Part shown: positions 55,958-64,000 of the stretch, piece after piece
Numbering within the stretch: position 1 is the stretch's first letter
How the letters are laid out: each line of letters opens with the position of its first letter
NCBI GenBank assembly: GCA_963809895.1
Contig: CAWELD010000010.1
Location: 32,001 to 96,000 of the forward strand
Reading direction: 5' to 3'
Origin: an uncultured Gemmatimonadales bacterium
GTDB taxonomy: Bacteria; Gemmatimonadota; Gemmatimonadetes; Longimicrobiales; Gaopeijiaceae
Length of the DNA stretch: 64,000 bases
Translations under genes and position numbers: made by a program
The notes under the pieces: model-generated
What the model was told of the DNA's origin: nothing
Seen by the model: only the letters and a program-made list of their open reading frames with translations
The model's database searches: none

Positions 55958-57829
55958 ATGCAACTATTCAAACAGTTTCGCGAGCGCAGGATCGTTCAGA
56001 TCCTGTTGTCGTACGCCGCCGCCGGCTGGGTCGCGCTGGAGGCGGTTTCGCAGTTCGTGGAGAGGGGGGTCCTGCCGGATCTGTTCTATCTGGTCCTCCT
56101 CGTCTGGGTGATAGGCGGCGGAGCTGCGACAGCGGTCCTGGGCTGGTACCACGGCGAGAAGGGACACCAGTCCGTGACCCGGCTGGAGATCGTCCTGCTC
56201 GTGCTCGTGGGGCTGTTCACGGTTGCTGGGACCGCCAACACGATCTCGCGTGTCCGCGCGGGGCAGGCCGTGGCCTCGGCCATCGACGCCGCGTCGGGTC
56301 TCGACCCGCGGAGGCTGGCCGTGCTGTACTTCGACGACCGCTCGGCGGCCGGCGACCTCGGCTTCCTGGCCGACGGCCTCACCGAAGAGCTCATCGCCGG
56401 CCTCACCGGCGTGGGCGGCATCGACGTCGTCTCCAGCAATGGCACGGCGCAATACCGGGGCTCGGGCCTGGCGGGGGACAGCATCGCGACCCTTCTCGGG
56501 GCCGGGACCTTCGCCCGGGGCGAGATCGACCAGCGTGGCGACGAGGTCGAGGTGGATATCGCGCTGGTGGACGCGGAGAGCGGTGCCACCATCGAGCGGG
56601 GCGCCTTCACGGGTCCCATGGCGGAAGCGTCGGCTCTTCAGGCCCAACTCGCCGGCCAGATGTCGCGCCTGCTCAGGACGTGGCTGGGCGAAGAGGTCCG
56701 CCTCCGGGAGCGGCGCCTCGGCCAGGTGAACGACGCCGCCTGGATCCTGGTCCAGCGTGGGGCCCGCGCCCGGGAAGAGGCGGATGCGCTCTTCATGGAC
56801 GATGACGTCACGGGCGCGAACGGGCTCTGGGACCGGGCCGATTCACTGTACGCGTCGGCCGCCGAACAGGCCCCCCAATGGGCCGAGCCGGTGGTACGCC
56901 GGGCACGACTCGTCTACGATCGCTCGCGCTACGAGTCGGACGTGCAGGACGCGGACGACATGATGCGCGAGGCCGACGGGTTCGTCGCCGCGGCGCTGAA
57001 GCTCGAGCCCCGCAACGCCGACGCGCTGGAGATCCGGGGGACCATCAGCTATCTGCGGTGGCTCCTTTCGCTCGAACCGGATCACGACGCGGCCGAGCGA
57101 CTGCTCGAGTCCGCGGAGCAGGACCTGCGGACCGCCACGGACATCGAGCCGCTCCAGGCCAATGCGTGGAATGTCCTGGGACACCTCTACTACCAGCGCG
57201 ACGACATCGTGGAGGCCAATCTCGCGGCGCGGCGGGCCTACGAGGCCGACGCGTATCTGCGGGCCGCTCCGGACATCCTGTGGCGTCTCTGGAGCACGTC
57301 GTACGATCTCGAGAATCGGCCCCAGTCACGGCAGTGGTGCGAGGAGGGACGCCGCCGTTTTCCGGACAATTCCCGGTTCTACCAGTGCCAGATCTGGAAC
57401 ATGACGCTGGGATCGGAAGAGCCGGATGTCCAACGTGCCTGGGCGCTGGCGGACACCGCCGTGTCCCTGACTCCCGGGCCGGCGCGGCCAATGACGACCC
57501 TGGAGATGCGCGTGTTGGTCGCCGGCGCCATGGCTCGTGCGTCCGTCGACCGCGACGCGCCTCCCGCTCAACGGGACATGTTGGCCGACAGCGCCCGGGC
57601 CGTGCTCGACGGAACCCAGGCGAACAGCGAGATGGACCCCGCCGGTGATCTCCTCATGACGAAGGCATTCGTGCTGGCGTTGCTGGGAGATCACCAGGGT
57701 GCAGTGGGCCTTCTGCAGCGGTTCCTGACTTTCAATCCCGAGCGTAGAGAAGGGTTCGCCCAGCACAATCACTGGTGGTGGCGTGACCTTCGAAGTGACC
57801 CCGCGTTCCAGCGCATGATCGGAACGTAG
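55958..57829 (+). CDS. Membrane-anchored TolB-N/FlgO-like plus TPR protein (same architecture as 18709-20781)
   Basis: FRERRIVQI..Y...W three-TM head, LAVLYF...LADGLTEELI, TPRs, WRDLRSDPAFQ tail. Confidence 0.82.
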   Translation: MQLFKQFRERRIVQILLSYAAAGWVALEAVSQFVERGVLPDLFYLVLLVWVIGGGAATAVLGWYHGEKGHQSVTRLEIVLLVLVGLFTVAGTANTISRVRAGQAVASAIDAASGLDPRRLAVLYFDDRSAAGDLGFLADGLTEELIAGLTGVGGIDVVSSNGTAQYRGSGLAGDSIATLLGAGTFARGEIDQRGDEVEVDIALVDAESGATIERGAFTGPMAEASALQAQLAGQMSRLLRTWLGEEVRLRERRLGQVNDAAWILVQRGARAREEADALFMDDDVTGANGLWDRADSLYASAAEQAPQWAEPVVRRARLVYDRSRYESDVQDADDMMREADGFVAAALKLEPRNADALEIRGTISYLRWLLSLEPDHDAAERLLESAEQDLRTATDIEPLQANAWNVLGHLYYQRDDIVEANLAARRAYEADAYLRAAPDILWRLWSTSYDLENRPQSRQWCEEGRRRFPDNSRFYQCQIWNMTLGSEEPDVQRAWALADTAVSLTPGPARPMTTLEMRVLVAGAMARASVDRDAPPAQRDMLADSARAVLDGTQANSEMDPAGDLLMTKAFVLALLGDHQGAVGLLQRFLTFNPERREGFAQHNHWWWRDLRSDPAFQRMIGT

Positions 57830-57898
57830 CACACCGGAGCATCTCTGCTCCTTCGCGCCTGGATCGACCGATCCAGGGCGCCCCCCGCGGAGAACAAC

Positions 57899-59773
57899 AT
57901 GAGACGTAGTACACTGAAGCGGCCGGCAAGGCTGGCCGCACTCGCCGTTGTGGGCATTGCCGGATACGGCTGCCAGGATGGTCCGGAGCCCGTGGCACCG
58001 GCTGATTGGCAGACGGATTTTCCCATCGCGGCCACGGTGATCAACGAACTGGAGGTGCCGCAGTTTCTCTGGCTCTCCCCGCTGCTGGACGGAAAGCCGG
58101 ACACCCCGTTGGCTACGGGCCTCGCCATCGACGTCGAGATCTGCAACGTGTCCGACGGGACGCCCTGCAGCCTGGAGCGCGCCAGCGAGGAGGGCAGCTT
58201 CTATGGCGCCCATTGGGACACCAGCAAGGGTGAGGACGCCAACAAGGAGTTCCGTATCACGGCCTACATGGGCGACTCCCGGATCCCCCTCGGCCAGATG
58301 AAGGTGATCCTGGACGGTGGCTCGGAGCGGGACGGCCGCACCTTTCCCATCCGTTTCTTCGCGGGCTCGGGCCTCCTGAGCGGCCAGGGCGCCGCGCTTC
58401 GGGAGTGCGTGGGGTCGGACCGTTGCGACGCCACCGGCGTGCCGTCGGGCAACGGCGGGCCCCCGGTGGTCATCCAGGCCAAGCAGAGCGACGGGAGCGT
58501 GTTGGGCCAGCTCACCATCGATCCGGCCATCGTGCCCGAGCCTCTCATCGTCATGCTGGACTGCCGCCGGCGACTGACGGGATTCGCGGCCGGAGAGGGA
58601 CCCCTTCCCACGGACCTGAGCCAGTATCCCGTCTTCTGCCACGTGGATGCGCTCAAGGAGGACGGCACGTCCTTCTCGGGCTCCCTGTCGGGTAACGCCC
58701 GCATCGACGTGTGCACGATCGACGAGACCTACGTCGACGAAGCCTACCACCCGCAGCTCGAGACGCGTCTGGGCAAGTCCAGCGGCCCCGGCAACTTCGA
58801 GATTCTGGCGGCGGTACCCTCCACGCTCACCGATTGCACGGGCGTGACCGTGCTGGCCGCCGCCGAGCCAGGACTGCTGGATGCCCTGGGATCGCGCTTC
58901 GCGTCGCTCGTGGGCGCAGTGCTTCCGCAGAAGCTCTACGCGAGCATGTTCCGCGACGGCGGAGCGGGCGGGCTTCTGAGCTCGTTCAGTGACATCAATA
59001 TCGTCGAGCCCGCGTTCATCTCGGGCTCCGTGACCGGGGCCGGCTTCGGGCTGTCCGGGGTGACGGTACAGCTCAGCGGGGGTGGGTTGCCGTCGCCGCT
59101 GTCGGCGACCACCAATGGCTCCGGTCAGTATGCGTTCACCACGCCCCTCAACGCGGCGGACGGCGGAGGGACCACCTACACCGTCACCGTGACGGGTGGC
59201 AGCATTCTGCCGGCGCAGGTGGCCGATCCGGACCAGGACGTCGTCGTCACCGGCTCCGGCGTCTATACCGCCGACTTCGCGGCGTCGGGCGTGCTCTTCG
59301 GCGGCGCTTCGCTGGCCGGCGGCTCGGGCACCGTGTTCGACTGGAGCACGGACGGAACCTCGGGGACGTCCGCGGCGCCGTTCGCCACCCCGGGCTACCC
59401 GTACTGTGGCGTGCTGGGCGACATCGTCGCGGCACCCGTGGGGACCGACGACGTCTGGCCGCTCAACACCACCATCACCCTCACGAAGCAGTTCTACGTT
59501 CCGACCGGGGTGTCGAGCCTGACCCTCACCGGTTGGGTGGACAACGACGCCAAGGTGTCCATCTACGATGCCAACCAGACCGAGACGAACATCACCGGAT
59601 CGCCGGTGGACGGCGACGGATGGAAGGTCCACGAGAACTGTGCGGACACGAATCCCCTCGTCTTCACGGCGGCGAGCGGGACCTTCACGCCCGGAGCGTT
59701 GAACACCCTGGTCATCCAGGTGCGCGACCGTGGCACGGTGGGCTACGCCGATTTCGAGTTGACGGCGAACTGA
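57899..59773 (+). CDS. Cys-rich multidomain lipoprotein with a prealbumin/SdrB-like domain and C-terminal jelly-roll
   Basis: GYGC lipobox; ISGSVTG..GLSGVTVQL...TT..SG.Y.F; VDND...N.L.I.V.D. Confidence 0.72.
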   Translation: MRRSTLKRPARLAALAVVGIAGYGCQDGPEPVAPADWQTDFPIAATVINELEVPQFLWLSPLLDGKPDTPLATGLAIDVEICNVSDGTPCSLERASEEGSFYGAHWDTSKGEDANKEFRITAYMGDSRIPLGQMKVILDGGSERDGRTFPIRFFAGSGLLSGQGAALRECVGSDRCDATGVPSGNGGPPVVIQAKQSDGSVLGQLTIDPAIVPEPLIVMLDCRRRLTGFAAGEGPLPTDLSQYPVFCHVDALKEDGTSFSGSLSGNARIDVCTIDETYVDEAYHPQLETRLGKSSGPGNFEILAAVPSTLTDCTGVTVLAAAEPGLLDALGSRFASLVGAVLPQKLYASMFRDGGAGGLLSSFSDINIVEPAFISGSVTGAGFGLSGVTVQLSGGGLPSPLSATTNGSGQYAFTTPLNAADGGGTTYTVTVTGGSILPAQVADPDQDVVVTGSGVYTADFAASGVLFGGASLAGGSGTVFDWSTDGTSGTSAAPFATPGYPYCGVLGDIVAAPVGTDDVWPLNTTITLTKQFYVPTGVSSLTLTGWVDNDAKVSIYDANQTETNITGSPVDGDGWKVHENCADTNPLVFTAASGTFTPGALNTLVIQVRDRGTVGYADFELTAN

Positions 59774-59798
59774 CGGCCTGATCCAGGCCCGAGGGCTC

Positions 59799-59838
59799 GA
59801 AGCGGCCCGCCCGGCAATCCAGCCGGGCGGGCCGCTTC
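59799..59838. terminator. Hairpin between convergent genes (likely bidirectional terminator)
   Basis: Perfect 17-bp stem gaagcggcccgcccggc/gccgggcgggccgcttc, 6-nt loop. Confidence 0.75.
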
Positions 59839-59852
59839 TCGTCGTGTGCCGC

Positions 59853-62522
59853 CTACTCCGCCTTCAGCACCTCGATGGGATCCACGCGCGCCGCGCGCAG
59901 CGCCGGCAGCACCGACGCCGCCAGGGCCGTGAGTGCCAGCACCGACGCCGCCAGGCCCAGGGTAGCCGGATCGCCGGGCTCCACGCCGAAGAGGAATCCC
60001 CGGAGCAGGCGCGTGAGGGACAGGGCGCCCAGAAGGCCCATGGTCATTCCCGCCGCCGTGAGGCGCATCCCGCGACCGAGCACCAGGGCCAGGAGGCCGG
60101 CGGGCTCGGCGCCCAGCGCCGTGCGGATCCCCAACTCCCGTTTGCGCCGGGCCACGGTGTGGGCCATGGAGCCGTAGAGTCCAGCGGCGGCCAGGAGCAG
60201 CGCCAGGAGGGCGAAGGCCGTCAGCAGCAGCGTCTGGAAGCGCGGCGTGGCCCGGGTGGCGGCCATGCGTGCCTGCATGGTGCGCACGTCGAGTGCCGGC
60301 ACGTACGGGCTGAAGCGCGCCACCGCCTTCCGCAGTTCGGGGATGAGCACCTCCGCCGGCAGGTCCGAGCGCACCACGACCTCGACGATGGGCCAGTCCG
60401 CCTGGGTGTAGGGGATGTAGACCGCCGGGCGCATGCCGTCCTCGGTCCGGGTCTGCACCGCATTGTCCACGACGCCCACGATGCGCCACTCCGTCTCCGT
60501 GTCACCGTCCACGTTGCGTAGGGTCTGGCCGAGGGGGTCGCGGCCGCCGAGCTCCTGCGCCACGAAGGCCTGGTTCACCAACGCCACCCGCGGATCGTCG
60601 GGCCCGTCGGAGGCTCTGATGTCGCGTCCGGCGAGTAGGCTCGTGCCTACGGTGGAGAGGTAGCTCGGCGTGATGACGTAGCCCGCGATTCCCGAGCGCT
60701 CCGTCGTCTCGGGCTCACCGGGAAAGAGGATTCTCGGGGCCCAGTTGGGATCCTGGAAGGGCACGTTGCTCGCGCCCGCCCACGACGTCACGCCGGGTAC
60801 GGGCGCCACTTCGCCCAGCAGTCGGTCCCATTCCCTCCAGGTCGGCTCGGTCGGATCCGCGCCGGGACGCTTGATGCCCATGCGCAGGGTCACCAACCCG
60901 GGAGCGCGGAAGCCCGGGTCCACGGTCCGCAGCCGGACGAGAGAGTTCATGAGGAGCCCCGCTCCCGCGACCAGGACCACGGCGAGGGCCATCTGGCCCG
61001 CGACCATGACACTCCTCAAGCGGTTGTCGGACGCTGCCACGCTCCGGCTGGCACCGGCGCGCAGACCGCTCGCAGGAAGCGTCCGGGCGTAGCGGGCCGC
61101 GGGAATCAAGCCGGCCAGGATGCCCGCTCCCACCGACACCAGCGAGGCGACCACGAGCACGCCCGCGTCTACCGAAACGTCGGCGGCCCGGGGCATCGAG
61201 GTCGGCGCGAAGCGGACGAAGAGGGCGACGCCACCGAAAGCCAGGGCGACGCCTGCGCCTCCGCCGGCCAGCGACAGGAGAACGCTCTCGGACAGCAGGT
61301 CGGCGAACACGCGGGCGCGGCTCGCCCCCAGCGCCCTGCGCACGCCCAGCTCCCGCGCGCGGTCCAGGGTGCGGGTCAGGAGCATGGTGGCCGCGTTGAG
61401 GGCGGACAGGAGGAGCAGGAGCGCCGATGCTCCCAGGAAGAGAATCAGGGCCCGGCGGGTGCCACCCACCGTCTGGTCGCGCAGGCCGTTGACGCCCGCG
61501 CCGAAGTGGGTGCCGTCGGGATAGACGTTGCCCTCGGGATGGTCGGCGGCGACCTGGTCGGCGATGCGATGCATCTCGTCGCGGGCCTGGGCCACCGTGA
61601 TGCCGCGTTGCAGCCGACCCAGGAGCACCAGGCTGCGGCGCCCCCGGTCCTTGTAGCGTACGTCTCCGGTCTGGAGGGGGAGCCAGAATTCCGGCGGGCG
61701 GCCGAACATGGCCTCGGGGGGCTGGAAATCCCCTGGCAGCACGCCGACGACGGTCAGGCCCCCGCCCACACCCGCCACGGTGTTGCCGACGACGCCGGGA
61801 TCGCCTCCGAAGCGACGCATCCAGGTGCCGTGGCTGATCAACGCTACCTGCGAGCCGGACGCCTCGTACTCGTCAGACGTGAAGTTGCGACCCAGGGAGG
61901 GTGAGGTGCGGAGCACGTCGAGGAAGTCGTCCGAGATGCGGGCCGCGGTGGCGAGCTCGGGGCCGCTTCCCTCGTCGGGCAGCAGCACGGAGGTGGTCTC
62001 CACCGCGGCGAGCTCTTCGAACGACGTGGCTCGCGCATCGAAGTCCAGGTAGTTGAGCACGGAGGTGCCGGCGAGGTGTTGCAGGTCCGGGCTCGTGGTG
62101 GACCACTCCCTACCGGGAAAGGTGGTGCCCACCATCACGAGGGCCTCGGAGTCCGGGAAGGGAAGAGGTCGCAGGAGCACTCCGTCCACGACGCTGTAGA
62201 TGGTGGTGGTGGCGCCGATGCCGAGGCCCAGGGTGAGCGCCGCGGATGCGGTGAACCCAGGCCGGCGGCGCAGGCCCCTGGCCGCCAGACGCAGGTCGGC
62301 GATGGGCCCCATGCGACGCAGGATCGCCGTCGGCTTCCACCAGCTCAGGACCGAGCCGACCACCTGACGCCGCAGACGCCGGCGGGCTTCTCCAGGCGAC
62401 ACCCCCAGGGCGAGGTCGTCGGCCCACCGTTCCACGATGTCCCCTCGCACGTGCTCGCTGCCGGCGCCGCGCACGAACACCGTGAGCACCAGGGCCCACA
62501 AGCGCGGGAGTCGGCGCTTCAC
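59853..62522 (-). CDS. ADOP family duplicated ABC permease
   Basis: PGF...TLGLGIGATT.I.SVVDGVLLRPLPF, RELGIRTALGA, RAARVDP. Confidence 0.92.
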   Translation of the reverse strand: MKRRLPRLWALVLTVFVRGAGSEHVRGDIVERWADDLALGVSPGEARRRLRRQVVGSVLSWWKPTAILRRMGPIADLRLAARGLRRRPGFTASAALTLGLGIGATTTIYSVVDGVLLRPLPFPDSEALVMVGTTFPGREWSTTSPDLQHLAGTSVLNYLDFDARATSFEELAAVETTSVLLPDEGSGPELATAARISDDFLDVLRTSPSLGRNFTSDEYEASGSQVALISHGTWMRRFGGDPGVVGNTVAGVGGGLTVVGVLPGDFQPPEAMFGRPPEFWLPLQTGDVRYKDRGRRSLVLLGRLQRGITVAQARDEMHRIADQVAADHPEGNVYPDGTHFGAGVNGLRDQTVGGTRRALILFLGASALLLLLSALNAATMLLTRTLDRARELGVRRALGASRARVFADLLSESVLLSLAGGGAGVALAFGGVALFVRFAPTSMPRAADVSVDAGVLVVASLVSVGAGILAGLIPAARYARTLPASGLRAGASRSVAASDNRLRSVMVAGQMALAVVLVAGAGLLMNSLVRLRTVDPGFRAPGLVTLRMGIKRPGADPTEPTWREWDRLLGEVAPVPGVTSWAGASNVPFQDPNWAPRILFPGEPETTERSGIAGYVITPSYLSTVGTSLLAGRDIRASDGPDDPRVALVNQAFVAQELGGRDPLGQTLRNVDGDTETEWRIVGVVDNAVQTRTEDGMRPAVYIPYTQADWPIVEVVVRSDLPAEVLIPELRKAVARFSPYVPALDVRTMQARMAATRATPRFQTLLLTAFALLALLLAAAGLYGSMAHTVARRKRELGIRTALGAEPAGLLALVLGRGMRLTAAGMTMGLLGALSLTRLLRGFLFGVEPGDPATLGLAASVLALTALAASVLPALRAARVDPIEVLKAE

Positions 62523-62860
62523 GAGTGCTCCTCGGCCAGCCGATCCACCTTCGGCATCAGGCCCTCGGCCATGGACTGCAACCGGCGCACGCTCTGCTGC
62601 AGCTCGTACGCGCCTTCGGGGGTCACGGTGTAGTGCTTCCGGCGCCGGCCTCCGCGCTCGCCGGTGGGCGCGCCGATCCGTGAGGTGACCATGCCGCGGC
62701 CCTCCAGACGGTCCAGCGCGGTGTAGATGGCGCCGGACGACACGGTCCGACCCGTGCGCTCTTCCATGCTGCGGCCGATGGACGCGCCGTAGGCGTCCTC
62801 CTCGAGCTCCACCACCGCCAGCAGGATGGCCTGCTCCAGCTCTCCCAACGCTCGTCCCAT
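62519..62860 (-). CDS. PadR family regulator
   Basis: LGELEQ...AYG.SI...GAIYTALDRLE...ERGGRRRK.Y; GTGA overlap with the permease gene. Confidence 0.92.
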   Translation of the reverse strand: MGRALGELEQAILLAVVELEEDAYGASIGRSMEERTGRTVSSGAIYTALDRLEGRGMVTSRIGAPTGERGGRRRKHYTVTPEGAYELQQSVRRLQSMAEGLMPKVDRLAEEHS

Positions 62861-62873
62861 GTTACCCCGTCAC

Positions 62874-62970
62874 TGTAGTGGAAATGATGTCCATTACTAC
62901 TACACTGCATGGGATAAGACAACAGCACCCGGTCCCGGGGTTGCAAACTATATTTATCGTTTACATAGTT
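62874..62970. promoter_or_regulatory. AT-rich divergent promoter with inverted repeats
   Basis: tgtagtggaaatg-N5-cattactactaca and aactat-N13-atagtt. Confidence 0.5.
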
Positions 62971-63087
62971 CGTGCCCGCGGGGGGTGCAACGACGTGCCT
63001 GCCGAGCGCGGCATGGGCACCCCGTGGTAGCGCGCTGTGCGACTGGGCGGGAGCGTCGGTGGTCCTCAGAGGGAGGAGCGGATCGTG

Positions 63088-64000
63088 ATGGGTGCGATGA
63101 TCGTCGTGCTGGCGCTGGCAACGTCTGCCGGTGCCCCCGAGGCGGCGGATACGGTGGTGATCGAGGGACCCCCACGCATCGAGATCGGGGTCTCGACGTC
63201 GGACGCCCACGACCAGCTCTTCGACGTGGGCCGGGTCCTGCGAACCTCCGACGGGGGATTGGTGGTGGTGGAGACCACGGCCGGACGGCTGCGCCGCTAC
63301 GGCGCCGACGGCCGCTTCGTTCGTGATCTGGGGGGACGGGGTGAGGGACCAGGGGAGTTCCCGGACATCACCGACGCGGTGCTTCGTGGGGACACCCTGC
63401 TGGTGTTGGCCAGCGATGGGCGCATCACCCGCCTCACCCTCGACGACGAGGTGGTCGACACCTGGCGACCGTCGTTGGACGGACTCGTGGACGAGGCCTA
63501 CAACCCGGTGCCGGCCGGCATCCTTGGTGACGGCCGCATGCTGGTGCGCGCCAACGAGCGGGTGTTCGGCCGGCCCGACGGCGATTACGTGCAGCACGTC
63601 CTGTGGCTCACCGTGACGCGCCGGGGTGACGCGGACACCCTGGCCCTGGTGCCGTCGCATCGTGTGCATTCCGAGCAGGGCCTGCCCCGGCCGTACCGGC
63701 CCTGGGTGGAGGCGGCCTGGTCCGCTGGCGGGGGCGCGTTGTGGCTGACGGTGCCCGCCGCAGCGCGTGTGCGGAGGGCCGGCTCCGATGTCCGGGTCGA
63801 TGTGGCGGTCCCCGACCGGGCTCCGTCCGACGACGACCTGGCGCGGTTTCGCGGTCGCTACCTCGCCCGGGGGCGAACCGCAAACGATCGGCGCGTCATC
63901 GCCGAGTGGGTAGACGAGAGCCCGTTGGCCGAGCACGTGCCGGCCTTCCGCCGGATCACCGCCGACCAGCTGGGCCGAGTGTGGGTGGAGCGTTGGCCCG
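63088..64000 (+). CDS. Secreted 6-bladed beta-propeller protein, truncated at the right edge
   Basis: MGAMIVVLALA signal, GGRGEGPGEF motif, D..GRVWV; open to the window end and so absent from the ORF track. Confidence 0.82.
   Translation, partial: MGAMIVVLALATSAGAPEAADTVVIEGPPRIEIGVSTSDAHDQLFDVGRVLRTSDGGLVVVETTAGRLRRYGADGRFVRDLGGRGEGPGEFPDITDAVLRGDTLLVLASDGRITRLTLDDEVVDTWRPSLDGLVDEAYNPVPAGILGDGRMLVRANERVFGRPDGDYVQHVLWLTVTRRGDADTLALVPSHRVHSEQGLPRPYRPWVEAAWSAGGGALWLTVPAAARVRRAGSDVRVDVAVPDRAPSDDDLARFRGRYLARGRTANDRRVIAEWVDESPLAEHVPAFRRITADQLGRVWVERWP

Noticed and set aside
62985..63003. sigma54 promoter on the minus strand upstream of padR
   Set aside because: GG-GC spacing is 9 nt, not the required 10.

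Overview
GC-rich bacterial chromosomal window, most likely Gemmatimonadota/Longimicrobiales-like. This is inferred from the PadR-ADOP pairs, the Gemmatimonad-type Ser/Thr kinase-PD40 protein, the TolB-like/TPR membrane proteins and the 6-bladed propeller. It holds about 40 accessory, mostly envelope or secreted CDSs; I recognised no rRNA, tRNA, CRISPR array, integrase or transposase. Recognisable units: a Fic gene with twin operators, a Campylobacter-type dba-dsbI pair, a VPS10 glycosyl hydrolase, three PadR and three ADOP genes, a large PKD/Ig/metzincin protein, a MocR locus with divergent paralogous exported proteins, an ECF-FecR-TonB receptor module and asnB. The best candidate for an undescribed system is a sigma54-preceded three-gene operon (30.6-34.1 kb): a four-fold-repeat 'VNCP' lipoprotein, a beta-barrel fused to a Met-rich linker and cupredoxin, and a blue-copper lipoprotein. 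Also notable are two families of about 180-bp non-coding elements, each directly flanking a single gene, a palindromic tandem array, several operator palindromes, and degenerate catalytic residues in MocR, a receiver domain and AsnB. Several single-base frameshifts suggest long-read indel errors. All family assignments are by motif recognition and were not database-verified.
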